A stretch of 64,000 bases of DNA from a virus (taxonomy: Duplodnaviria; Heunggongvirae; Uroviricota; Caudoviricetes). Below, one piece after another: positions 1-8,303 of this stretch. Under the pieces are notes generated by a model. The model did no database searches and had not been told where the DNA came from. It saw only the letters and a list, made by a program, of their open reading frames with translations. A program made the position numbers and the translations under genes. The stretch spans positions 118,733-182,732 of the IMG/VR virus record IMGVR_UViG_3300029288_000078; one strand, written 5' to 3'. How positions within the stretch are numbered: the first letter of the stretch is position 1; each line of letters begins with the position of its first letter.

Positions 1-93
1 ATTTGGACAACTATTTATTTGGTAAAAATGTTACATATAGCAAAGTTAAAAGTAATGAATGCATACATAAAGTAAAACTTACAGTGGAAAGTT

Positions 94-321
94 GTGAAGA
101 ATAAAATGACAATAACACGATATGTTACTCAACGAGGCTTTGCTAAAATAGACTTCACAGATTCTTATGATGAAAAATGTTCTATACAAAAAAGCAGCTC
201 GGCAACAAAAAATGCCATATGGTTTGGACAAGACGGTGCAAAGAGAATGCATCTAACACAAGAACAAGTTGAAGAACTACTGCCAATTTTGACGAACTTT
301 GCTAAGACTGGGGAAATATAA
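94..321 (+). CDS. hypothetical protein (75 aa)
   Basis: Intact ORF. First of a series of short plus-strand genes. No recognisable motif. Confidence 0.4.
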   Translation: MKNKMTITRYVTQRGFAKIDFTDSYDEKCSIQKSSSATKNAIWFGQDGAKRMHLTQEQVEELLPILTNFAKTGEI

Positions 322-322
322 T

Positions 323-502
323 ATGACAATATTTTTAATTAGCTGGTTTGTTAGTGGGTTTATCACAATGATAATACTTAGATTATGCGTAGGTAAGCAG
401 CCAATATTCAGCTATATAAACGGCATAGTCGGCGGTTATTATACCGTGATTATTTTGAGCTTAAATGCAATTAACAAAAATCTATTAGACTGGGAGATAT
501 AG
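323..502 (+). CDS. small membrane protein, paralog A (ISWFVSGF...ILRL motif)
   Basis: ATG at 323 follows RBS GGGGAAAT. Two predicted TM helices. Paralogous to 807..992. Confidence 0.45.
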   Translation: MTIFLISWFVSGFITMIILRLCVGKQPIFSYINGIVGGYYTVIILSLNAINKNLLDWEI

Positions 503-504
503 CA

Positions 505-813
505 ATGGAAACTGAAATTACAATAGAAACCGAATTTAGCATTACGCAACAAGCAAAAGATAACTACACTGTACATGGCGTAGCTCAGCAGATAATTGAT
601 ATGTCACCTGAACTAGCTTCGCAAAGAAAACACATTGAAGCTGTCATTAAACGATTAGTTCATTCAGAAAAATATCAGGTATATAGCAGGATTAAACATT
701 ATATGTTTGATTATAAATTAAACCCTACTTTTATGGAAACTGTTTTAACAGAAAAAATAGAGACACACGAGAGATATTTAAAAGCATGTGACGATGAGGT
801 GGTAACGTGGTGA
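505..813 (+). CDS. hypothetical protein (102 aa)
   Basis: Intact ORF. Stop overlaps the GTG start of the next gene. Confidence 0.45.
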   Translation: METEITIETEFSITQQAKDNYTVHGVAQQIIDMSPELASQRKHIEAVIKRLVHSEKYQVYSRIKHYMFDYKLNPTFMETVLTEKIETHERYLKACDDEVVTW

Positions 814-992
814 CAGTATTTATCATTAGCTGGTTCGTTAGCGGGTTTGTTGCTGCGTTAATTTTGCGATTAAAAGAAAAAAGAACACTAAGTCTTATGT
901 GGTACATTGTTTGTATCTCTATGGGATATTTTAATTATTTATTAATGCTTTGGTATGCAATTTCTCCTAAATTGTATGAGTGGAGACTGTAA
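807..992 (+). CDS. small membrane protein, paralog B
   Basis: GTG start preceded by GAGGTGG. Shares the ISWFVSGF/ILRL signature with 323..502. Confidence 0.45.
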   Translation: MVTVFIISWFVSGFVAALILRLKEKRTLSLMWYIVCISMGYFNYLLMLWYAISPKLYEWRL

Positions 993-1186
993 TGCCAAAA
1001 TATTGTTGCGATTGTGTTTATTATCCAATGATGGGCGTTCTTAAGATCAAATGCGGTGAATGCTTTTATGACAAAAAACACTTTGAATCAAAATATTTAT
1101 CTTCGAGTGAAAAAACTACAATGAGATTGTTGTTTGTTTTAATATCTTGTGGACTTCTGTATTGGCTACTAAAAGGATTAAGATGA
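992..1186 (+). CDS. Cys-rich small protein with C-terminal TM helix
   Basis: ATG at 992 after GAGTGGAGA. CCDC...CGEC cysteine pairs followed by a hydrophobic tail. Confidence 0.35.
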   Translation: MPKYCCDCVYYPMMGVLKIKCGECFYDKKHFESKYLSSSEKTTMRLLFVLISCGLLYWLLKGLR

Positions 1187-1234
1187 AACCTGAACAACAT
1201 GCCGAACTGTCAATTTCTATTGTACAGTTGGTGA

Positions 1235-1429
1235 TTGGCAAGGGAGACTAAAGTAATGCGATTATTATTGGCTAACATATCTGTGTGGGTGTTTCTGCTT
1301 ATGGGATACCAAGTGTTTATTGCAATAGTAAATCAGAAGAAAACAATAATTTTGTCTGTCAACATTGTGACGTTTGCGGCTTTTTTAGGAGCATTAACAA
1401 CTTTGATTATCAATGGGTATTTTCGCTGA
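1235..1429 (+). CDS. small membrane protein (64 aa)
   Basis: Two hydrophobic helices. Last of the small-gene series. Confidence 0.35.
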   Translation: MARETKVMRLLLANISVWVFLLMGYQVFIAIVNQKKTIILSVNIVTFAAFLGALTTLIINGYFR

Positions 1430-1618
1430 AATGGTAAATATGCCTTCTGCATCTGGTTCTGATATATGTATTTCATCTTTATATTCTTTACACCAGTTTC
1501 TAAATGCGCCAACGAAATCTGCACAAGGTGTTTTGAATCCTAATTCTGCTCCTTGGATCAGTTGAAGTATTCGAGGCATTAGTTTTTTAAATTCTTTTTT
1601 TGCTTGTCGTCTTCTCAT
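1394..1618 (-). CDS. hypothetical protein (74 aa)
   Basis: ORF at the tail of a minus-strand operon. Basic N-terminus. Confidence 0.3.
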   Translation of the reverse strand: MRRRQAKKEFKKLMPRILQLIQGAELGFKTPCADFVGAFRNWCKEYKDEIHISEPDAEGIFTISAKIPIDNQSC

Positions 1619-1950
1619 TTTACGTCCTCTTCTAAATAAATATGCATCATGGGTATGTTTAATTGTTGGGCTAAAGCTATTTCAATTGCCATGCCTTCTG
1701 AGATTCCATTTTGCGAATCCACCCACATAATATCGCAATGTTTTAAAAAAGTTAATCCACAATTCATGCCAGTGTTACGTGCTTCTGGCATATTGTCATC
1801 GAGGATTTGCGTATAGAGAAGATGTGGAGCGAATGGAGCCATGCCTTGCATTATTGCTTGAACGCATAACTGTTTAGCTCGTTCGATGTGCTGTTCAATT
1901 GTGGTTGTTTCTGTGGCTTTATATCGAGAACAAATAAAGACTAGTTTCAT
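1615..1950 (-). CDS. nucleoside 2-deoxyribosyltransferase-like (DUF4406-like) protein
   Basis: About 110 aa. Pattern ...PF(A)PH...W...CD(I)MW...GMAIEIALA resembles the DUF4406 / deoxyribosyltransferase-fold family as recalled. Confidence 0.45.
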   Translation of the reverse strand: MKLVFICSRYKATETTTIEQHIERAKQLCVQAIMQGMAPFAPHLLYTQILDDNMPEARNTGMNCGLTFLKHCDIMWVDSQNGISEGMAIEIALAQQLNIPMMHIYLEEDVK

Positions 1951-1952
1951 TG

Positions 1953-2369
1953 TTATACCTCAAGAGCTTTTAATTGAGAGATAAGTCGTTTCACTTGCTC
2001 AATTACATAGTCTTTGTCTCTATATACTTGCTCAGGAAGGCCGGCATCAGATAGACTTGGTAATAAATCATAACAATGCGCAGTATCAAAACCAAACACC
2101 CATTGATTGGACTTTTCCGATACTAATATTTCCGCTACTGTTCCATTGAGATTAATTAAGCACGAATTAGCAAATGTGATTCCGCCGTGAACATTCAAGT
2201 CTCTCACAAGCTCGTTACAATATTTACAGCCGTGGAGCATATGCTCTTTTGAAATAACCACATATCCATTTAGGCAACCAAATTGGTGGTGCCGCACGAC
2301 ATATCCTTTGTATCCTAGATAGTCTACTTCGTATTTGTTCTCTTCTGTTAGCCATGGTGTCATGGTCAT
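1953..2369 (-). CDS. hypothetical protein (138 aa), His/Cys-rich
   Basis: ORF adjacent to the DUF4406-like gene. Multiple H/C residues (RHHQFGC, HGCKYC) suggest metal binding. Confidence 0.4.
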   Translation of the reverse strand: MTMTPWLTEENKYEVDYLGYKGYVVRHHQFGCLNGYVVISKEHMLHGCKYCNELVRDLNVHGGITFANSCLINLNGTVAEILVSEKSNQWVFGFDTAHCYDLLPSLSDAGLPEQVYRDKDYVIEQVKRLISQLKALEV

Positions 2370-2469
2370 GATTGTCTCCTCTTCTGTGCGTAATAATCTG
2401 TAGTTGTTTTTTGCGTTTTTGTCAAAGAAATGTTAAATTCCTTTTTTACACACACAAGGGAGATTTTTA

Positions 2470-2774
2470 TGGACATTCGAACCATACCTGTAGATCAATT
2501 ACGCCTCAGAGGATCTGATAAAGAAATAGTTGCTATATACGATCAAGAAAATGAACCAGAAGAGAGCAACTGTAAGTGTTTCGTCGTAATCAAAGATTGT
2601 AACGGTGAACACGATACGACTACTTGCACGATTGGTGGTAGTTACACTGGTAGTGACAATTGGGACTCTGAAGATGTTGTTTTAAAGCATAAAACCGAGA
2701 CTGATATAGAACAGAAATTCAAAACATTGGAAGCTCGTATTGCAGCATTAGAAACAAAGGTGAACAATGCTTAA
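2470..2774 (+). CDS. hypothetical protein
   Basis: ATG at 2470 after AAGGGAGA. C-terminal coiled-coil-like tail. Confidence 0.4.
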
Positions 2775-3309
2775 AATCACTATTCCTTTAGTTTTGCTAG
2801 CAATTGGCTGTTCACATACACAGAATATTCCACAAACAGACAATGCAATTACGACGATTTCTTCTGATATAAAAAACTTTCAAACAGTAGAACCAGATTT
2901 ATATCGTGGAGGCAGATTAACAGCAGCTAACATTAGATTTCTTTCTCAAGTTCATCATGTAAAAACGATAATCAGCTTTGAAACTTATTGGAATGCACCT
3001 GAAGTAAAGCAGATTGAAATAGAAACTGCGAAGGAGTTAGGTATTAATCTAATTCACGTTCCAATGAATCCTGTTGGCGATATTAATGCGGATTTCGTAT
3101 GGAAGGCGGTTGATTTGGTAGCGAAAGAACAGCGACCACTTTATTTTCATTGCTATCGTGGATCTGAAAGAACTGGGTTGGTGGCTGCTGGATATAGAAT
3201 GAAATACGAAAACTGGACATATAAACAAGCTACAGATGAAATGGATAAATATGGGTTTAGTCCACATTACAAAGAATGGAAAAACATTTTACCGAATCCA
3301 AATAAATAG
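2767..3309 (+). CDS. lipoprotein protein-tyrosine / dual-specificity phosphatase
   Basis: Signal peptide plus lipobox LLAIGC. CX5R P-loop HCYRGSERTG. Confidence 0.7.
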   Translation: MLKITIPLVLLAIGCSHTQNIPQTDNAITTISSDIKNFQTVEPDLYRGGRLTAANIRFLSQVHHVKTIISFETYWNAPEVKQIEIETAKELGINLIHVPMNPVGDINADFVWKAVDLVAKEQRPLYFHCYRGSERTGLVAAGYRMKYENWTYKQATDEMDKYGFSPHYKEWKNILPNPNK

Positions 3310-3320
3310 GGTTGCAGCAC

Positions 3321-3614
3321 ATGGTTATTCGAAATTTTATGCGCCATGCCAAAATCTCTTATCCGTTTTTAATTGCTAACGCTAAATTTTTTAATGCATC
3401 CATGGCGCTGTATCTGTATGCAAAAATTGAGCGAGGCAACAGGACGGGTAATCGTATTTGTGTTCCTGTTGCGTTTAATTTAGAAGAAGCTGCAATGCTT
3501 TTGAATATTAAACCGAGAACAATGTATGCCGCATATGACGAATGTTTGCAACAAAAATGGTTTGAAGAAATTACGAGAGAGTGTTATTGGGTTGAAGTTA
3601 TTGTAAAGGATTGA
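3321..3614 (+). CDS. hypothetical protein
   Basis: ORF follows the phosphatase gene. Start uncertain; the track gives 3312. Confidence 0.35.
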   Translation: MVIRNFMRHAKISYPFLIANAKFFNASMALYLYAKIERGNRTGNRICVPVAFNLEEAAMLLNIKPRTMYAAYDECLQQKWFEEITRECYWVEVIVKD

Positions 3615-3617
3615 ACA

Positions 3618-4634
3618 ATGAATAAGCAATGGTTTTCTGGATATCCAGAGAGACTAAAAGAAGAGTTTCGAGCATTGGCAAAACAATGGCACCCAGACAC
3701 AAACAAATCACCAGATGCTAATAATAATTTTATGGAAATCAATACTACACATAAAGAACTTGAACGTTTAATCGAAAATGTAGGCATTTGGGAAGGTGAT
3801 GGCAGAGTTTTTTTAAGAAATGAAGACACTCAACAAATCTATAATTATGAGTATTATTCTTGTCATTCTTTCGAGATTGGGAAGTTTTTTGTAGGTTCAA
3901 CTCATGTGGTTTATGTCTTGAGTAACGAGAGCTTGTTCAATAATGGTCTGCGTAATATTAAATCATTTACATTTAATTCTCCTCGCATGGAAACGGAATT
4001 AAGAAAATACTTACCTGAAATTGAGCAGACAATTAACTTAAAAGATGGCTCTAAAGCAATGGTAATAAAGAAAACGGCAGATCAACTTCTGTTAGCTGAT
4101 GTGTTGAATTTTTTAAAAATAAACCCAACCGTATCTTTTTCTGATGGCCACGGTTTTGTTAGAAGTGATTGTGTACCTTGGATATTAAACTCGTTATATA
4201 ACTTAGCTTGTTACTTATCTTTTGCCAAACTCACCCATAATGACATTTCGCCTTTAACGTGTTTTATTTCTCTACAACATCACTCCATTGCAATCTTAGG
4301 TGGTTGGTGGTATGCAATGCCAATGAACTCTCCAATTAAAATCGTCCCGAAGCGAACTTTTACGTTAATTCCAAATCGAGTTAAAGTATCAAAACTAGCG
4401 GATGGGTGGACGGATTTAGAGTGCATTAGGGATATAGGTAGAGAGTGCTTGGGAAATAATATTGATACAAAGATTGTGCCGTTATTGAATTGGTTAAAAG
4501 TGCCTTCAGACAAGTTAGCTATTTTAGATTATGAAGATTGGCAAAAAATTGTTGAGAAGTGTTTTGGTAAAAGGAAATTTATTAAAACCGAGATTAGTGA
4601 AGACGAGATTCGATTAACAACCAAGAAAGGATAA
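3618..4634 (+). CDS. J-domain (DnaJ-like) protein
   Basis: N-terminal degenerate J domain with an HPD motif (QWHPDTN). Remainder is unassigned. Confidence 0.55.
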   Translation: MNKQWFSGYPERLKEEFRALAKQWHPDTNKSPDANNNFMEINTTHKELERLIENVGIWEGDGRVFLRNEDTQQIYNYEYYSCHSFEIGKFFVGSTHVVYVLSNESLFNNGLRNIKSFTFNSPRMETELRKYLPEIEQTINLKDGSKAMVIKKTADQLLLADVLNFLKINPTVSFSDGHGFVRSDCVPWILNSLYNLACYLSFAKLTHNDISPLTCFISLQHHSIAILGGWWYAMPMNSPIKIVPKRTFTLIPNRVKVSKLADGWTDLECIRDIGRECLGNNIDTKIVPLLNWLKVPSDKLAILDYEDWQKIVEKCFGKRKFIKTEISEDEIRLTTKKG

Positions 4635-4640
4635 TGTATC

Positions 4641-5573
4641 ATGGGCGGTGGAAGATGGGAACCAAGTGACTGGAAAGCTTATACGACAGTTAATGCTTAC
4701 GATTCGAAAACAACTAATGAGATTTTTAACAAAAGCAATATGGACGAATCGTTAAATCCATTTAATATGAAGCACAGGGAATCTAGGGATTCGACTGACA
4801 ATCCTAATTCAAATGCGATTATTGTTGGATTAGACGTTACTGGTTCTATGGGAATGCTTCTTGATGTTATTGCTAGAAAAGGCATCAACACTTTATTATC
4901 TGAAATCTATAGTCGTAAACCCGTATCAGATCCGCATGTTTTATTCATGGGCATTGGCGATGTTTATTACGATCGAGCGCCTTTACAGGTAACTCAATTT
5001 GAAGCTGATATTAAATTGATGGAACAAATTGAAAAAGTTTACATTGAACGCGGCGGTGGAGGTAACGATAGTGAGTCATATGCGTTTACTTGGTACTTCG
5101 CTGCCATGCATACACAGATTGATTGTTTTGAAAAGCGAAATAAAAAGGGTTATATCTTTACTGTTGGCGATGAATGTCCTATGCCTGAACTAAGCGCTGC
5201 ACACATTGAAAAGTTTTTAGGATATGCACCTCAGAGCAAGAAAAGCTTTACAGGTGAAGATTTATTGCATATGGTGCAGCGGCAATATGAAGTGTTTCAC
5301 GTGATTGTAGATGAAGGTAGTTTTGCTATGCGACATCCAAAGCGAGTGCATGATGAATGGACTAATTTGCTTGGACAGCATGTGTTGCATTTAGCAGATC
5401 ACACGAAACTTGCTGAATTGATTGTTTCGACAATTCAACTTAGAGAAGGTTGTGATAAAAAAACTGTAATCGATAGCTGGGATGGTTCGACTTCAGTGAT
5501 TATTAGCAATGCCGTTAGTTCTGTTACTGCTAGAAATGAATCTGGCGATATCAGTGGCTTAGTAACTTTATAA
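4641..5573 (+). CDS. von Willebrand factor A (vWA) domain protein
   Basis: MIDAS-like DxTGS motif (GLDVTGSMG). Confidence 0.55.
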   Translation: MGGGRWEPSDWKAYTTVNAYDSKTTNEIFNKSNMDESLNPFNMKHRESRDSTDNPNSNAIIVGLDVTGSMGMLLDVIARKGINTLLSEIYSRKPVSDPHVLFMGIGDVYYDRAPLQVTQFEADIKLMEQIEKVYIERGGGGNDSESYAFTWYFAAMHTQIDCFEKRNKKGYIFTVGDECPMPELSAAHIEKFLGYAPQSKKSFTGEDLLHMVQRQYEVFHVIVDEGSFAMRHPKRVHDEWTNLLGQHVLHLADHTKLAELIVSTIQLREGCDKKTVIDSWDGSTSVIISNAVSSVTARNESGDISGLVTL

Positions 5574-5585
5574 GGGGACATTATC

Positions 5586-5699
5586 ATGGGTATGGCAGTT
5601 GATAGCGAAAATGATTTTATGGCTGAAAATACTGAAGAAGTAGCACCTAAAGTTGATGTTCCAGTAGAAGAAAAAGTTGATGTAATTACCAAAGATTGA
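5586..5699 (+). CDS. small acidic protein (37 aa)
   Basis: ATG after AGGGGA. Not in the ORF track because it is under 60 aa. Confidence 0.3.
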   Translation: MGMAVDSENDFMAENTEEVAPKVDVPVEEKVDVITKD

Positions 5700-5718
5700 A
5701 AAAAAATGGGGGCGCAAA

Positions 5719-6897
5719 ATGAAAACCGCTGATGTTGTTATTGGTGCTCATTATGGAGACGAAGGAAAAGGCTTAATTACAGATTATTTAGCTTCCAAAC
5801 ACTCTGTAGCATTGGTGGTTCGATTTAACGGAGGCGCTCAAGCTGGGCATACGGTTGTGACACCAAACGGCCAGAGACATGTATTTGGTCATTTTGGTTC
5901 TGGCACCTTATTAAATCATCCAACTTATTTAAGTAAGTATTTTATTGTTAATCCGGCTTTGTTTGTAAAAGAACTTGACACATTAGATAACAAAAATCCT
6001 GTTGTATTTATTAGTCCTGATGCGTTCGTCACCACTCCTTTTGAAATGCTCATTAATCAAGCATTAGAAGCCAGTCGCACTGTTAGACATGGGAGTTGTG
6101 GCGTAGGCATAAACGAAACCATAGAACGACACAAATATCTTAAAATACAAGTTAAAGACTTACAACACACAGCTCTGTTACGCATTGCATTAGAAGCGAT
6201 TCGAGAAGAATATGTACCTCAACGACTTTCAGAATTAAACATCAAGATGACAGAGAAAATATCAGAAATACTAAACAATAAACAAATTATGACTAAATTT
6301 ATTTCTGATTGCCAGATTCTTTTATCTCGTTGTTATATAGCAGATGAACAACGTGCCTTGAATTTATTTGATCATGTTATTTTTGAAGGTGCTCAGGGAT
6401 TATTACTAGATCAAAACAATACCGAACACTTTCCTCATGTAACAAGATCGAATACTGGATTAGTAAATGTAATGGATTTGATACAGAGTTTTGATATACC
6501 TAAAATCAATGCTTATTTCGTAACACGTTGGTATGTCACTCGCCATGGCGCTGGAGCGTTGCCACATGAACCTCCTATTAAAGCACTAATCAGCTCACAA
6601 ATAGAAGACAAAACTAATGTGCCAAATGAATATCAAGGCTACTTGCGGTTTGGATTTCTTAATATAAACACTCTTCGTAAGAATATTCATTCCGAACTTA
6701 TCTCTAGTTTTACAAGCAAAACGCGCATTAATACTCATGTCGCATTAACCTGCGTAGATCAAGCGGGTGGTAATAGGTTTCCAGTAATGCTTGATGACGA
6801 ACCACAGACTTTGACGTTTACAAACTTGATGAGACAAATAAATCCAACTTTGGTTTCTTTTGGAGAAACACGAGACGATATTGTTAATAACAGATAA
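5719..6897 (+). CDS. adenylosuccinate synthetase family protein (PurA/PurZ-like)
   Basis: PurA family motifs are present: P-loop GDEGKGL, NGGAQAGHTV, GSCGVGI, FEGAQGLLLD...HVTRSNT and ALTCVD (G4-like). Confidence 0.85.
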   Translation: MKTADVVIGAHYGDEGKGLITDYLASKHSVALVVRFNGGAQAGHTVVTPNGQRHVFGHFGSGTLLNHPTYLSKYFIVNPALFVKELDTLDNKNPVVFISPDAFVTTPFEMLINQALEASRTVRHGSCGVGINETIERHKYLKIQVKDLQHTALLRIALEAIREEYVPQRLSELNIKMTEKISEILNNKQIMTKFISDCQILLSRCYIADEQRALNLFDHVIFEGAQGLLLDQNNTEHFPHVTRSNTGLVNVMDLIQSFDIPKINAYFVTRWYVTRHGAGALPHEPPIKALISSQIEDKTNVPNEYQGYLRFGFLNINTLRKNIHSELISSFTSKTRINTHVALTCVDQAGGNRFPVMLDDEPQTLTFTNLMRQINPTLVSFGETRDDIVNNR

Positions 6898-7049
6898 TTG
6901 CTTTTTCTAATTCTTTGTGTTACTATTAATTTGTAGTCATTGGCTACTTTATTTTTTAAGGAATTTTTATGTTTTCACGCTCGTCACAACCCCAACATCT
7001 CTTGTTAAGGTTAACTCCGTAAGGAATAGGCGTGTTAATGCAAGCTTTA

Positions 7050-7086
7050 CCCTTCACGGAGCAATCCCTGAAGGGTTTTTTGTTTT
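7050..7086 (+). terminator. rho-independent terminator
   Basis: CCCTTCA/TGAAGGG stem followed by TTTTTTGTTTTT. Confidence 0.6.
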
Positions 7087-7089
7087 TAT

Positions 7090-7166
7090 GGTAGTTGTAG
7101 CTCAATTAGTAGAGCACTGGATTGTGATTCCAGCGGTTGAGGGTGCGAATCCCTTCTTCTACCCCA
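7090..7166 (+). tRNA. tRNA-His (GTG)
   Basis: Manual fold shows G-1, anticodon loop TTGTGAT, T-arm GAGGG/CCCTT and an encoded CCA. The acceptor stem has two U·U mismatches. Confidence 0.6.
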
Positions 7167-7173
7167 GTTTTAT

Positions 7174-7248
7174 TGGGACATGATGTAATGGTTAGCATAT
7201 CAGATTTTGATTCTGATTGTAGGGGTTCGATCCCCCTTGTCCCTGCCA
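7174..7248 (+). tRNA. tRNA-Gln (TTG)
   Basis: Anticodon stem TCAGA/TCTGA with loop TTTTGAT. T-loop TTCGATC and an encoded CCA. Position 1·72 is U·U. Confidence 0.65.
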
Positions 7249-7446
7249 TCTTTAAGAGCCTTTCTTGACTCTATGTTTTTAATGTGTTACTATTTGAAAG
7301 TTCTACCACGAAGAAGCTTAACTAATTTCAAATTAGTCCTTACAAAGGTGTTTTATGATTTCCTCGTCCAATTACAATTCAAATTGTTATTACAGCTTCC
7401 GAAAAAGGCTTTGGCGATGAAGTAAAATATAACTTCACTTACACAA

Positions 7447-7476
7447 GCCTTAAGGAGAAATCTTTAAGGCTTTTTT
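7447..7476 (+). terminator. rho-independent terminator
   Basis: GCCTTAAGG/CTTTAAGGC 9-bp stem followed by TTTTTT. Confidence 0.6.
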
Positions 7477-7484
7477 AGTTTAAT

Positions 7485-7558
7485 GGCGCAGTGGTAGAGG
7501 ATATATACAACGGATTGCAACCCCGTGGACGCTGGTGAGATTCCAGCCTGTGCCTCCA
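7485..7558 (+). tRNA. tRNA-Cys (GCA), atypical
   Basis: 74-nt cloverleaf. Acceptor GGCGCAG/CTGTGCC with a G·U pair. Anticodon loop TTGCAAC. A·C mismatch in the anticodon stem. T-loop TGAGATT is non-canonical. Confidence 0.5.
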
Positions 7559-7611
7559 AAGTTTGTACAGTTGCCTCCAGAAATTCTGGAGGCTGTTATA
7601 CACGAGTTTTA

Positions 7612-7697
7612 GGTTGGGTAGTGAAGCGGCCAAACACGGAAGACTGTAAATCTTCTGCCTTCGGGCTTCGTAAGTTCAAATCTTACCCCAACCACCA
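7612..7697 (+). tRNA. tRNA-Tyr (GTA), type II
   Basis: Acceptor GGTTGGG/CCCAACC. Anticodon loop CTGTAAA. Long variable arm. T-loop TTCAAAT and CCA. Confidence 0.8.
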
Positions 7698-7704
7698 ATT
7701 TTTA

Positions 7705-7778
7705 GACGCCGTAGCTCAATGGTAGAGCGTCTGGCTGTTAACCAGAGGATCAGAGTTCAATTCTCTGCTGCGTCGCCA
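7705..7778 (+). tRNA. tRNA-Asn (GTT)
   Basis: Anticodon loop CTGTTAA. T-arm CAGAG/CTCTG and CCA. One C·U mismatch in the acceptor stem. Confidence 0.7.
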
Positions 7779-7787
7779 ATTTTATCA

Positions 7788-7875
7788 GGAGAGATGGTCG
7801 AGTGGATTATGATAGCAGTCTTGAAAACTGCCGGTGGTAAAACATCCGTGGGTTCGAATCCCACTCTCTCCGCCA
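7788..7875 (+). tRNA. tRNA-Ser (TGA), type II
   Basis: Acceptor GGAGAGA/TCTCTCC. Anticodon loop CTTGAAA. Long variable arm. T-loop TTCGAAT and CCA. Confidence 0.8.
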
Positions 7876-7893
7876 CTTTTAAGGAACAAAACA

Positions 7894-8223
7894 ATGGGCG
7901 AAACTGTAAGAGTTTATATCAACATTGAAGTGAAAACAAAAACGCCAAAGAAGGTTAAAGACGATATATGCGAAATCCTCAGAGATCGTTTCGTACATGT
8001 AGGTGAATTTGAAACAATAAAAACAGAAGACAGCAAGTCTTGTTCTCTTTCGTTTGACGATACAATAAGCTTTGCTTACTGGGGATTGTCTTATCTTCAG
8101 GAATTAAATTTACCTGTCAAATACAACAAATATATTATTACCGCAGATATGAAATTGACTTATATCGAACATGCACCAAGTGAAGAATTTAATTTAATCG
8201 TCGAAAAAGAAGAGGAGTATTGA
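7894..8223 (+). CDS. hypothetical protein
   Basis: ATG at 7894 after AAGGAA. The ORF-track start at 7834 would overlap tRNA-Ser. Confidence 0.5.
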   Translation: MGETVRVYINIEVKTKTPKKVKDDICEILRDRFVHVGEFETIKTEDSKSCSLSFDDTISFAYWGLSYLQELNLPVKYNKYIITADMKLTYIEHAPSEEFNLIVEKEEEY

Positions 8224-8248
8224 TATTTTATAGAAGTATCAATATAAA

Positions 8249-8272
8249 GATATAAAACATCGTTTTTATATC
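8249..8272. terminator. AT-rich inverted repeat between convergent genes (possible bidirectional terminator)
   Basis: GATATAAAAC-atc-GTTTTTATATC lies between 7894..8223(+) and 8304..8591(-). Confidence 0.3.
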
Positions 8273-8303
8273 AATTTAAGGGTAATTATACGACGAAGAT
8301 TAT

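Noticed and set aside
7207-7928. ORF-track ORFs 7207..7425, 7525..7725, 7719..7928 and the 7834 start of the next gene.
   Set aside because: They lie across well-folded tRNA genes and terminators. The genuine CDS starts at 7894, after tRNA-Ser.
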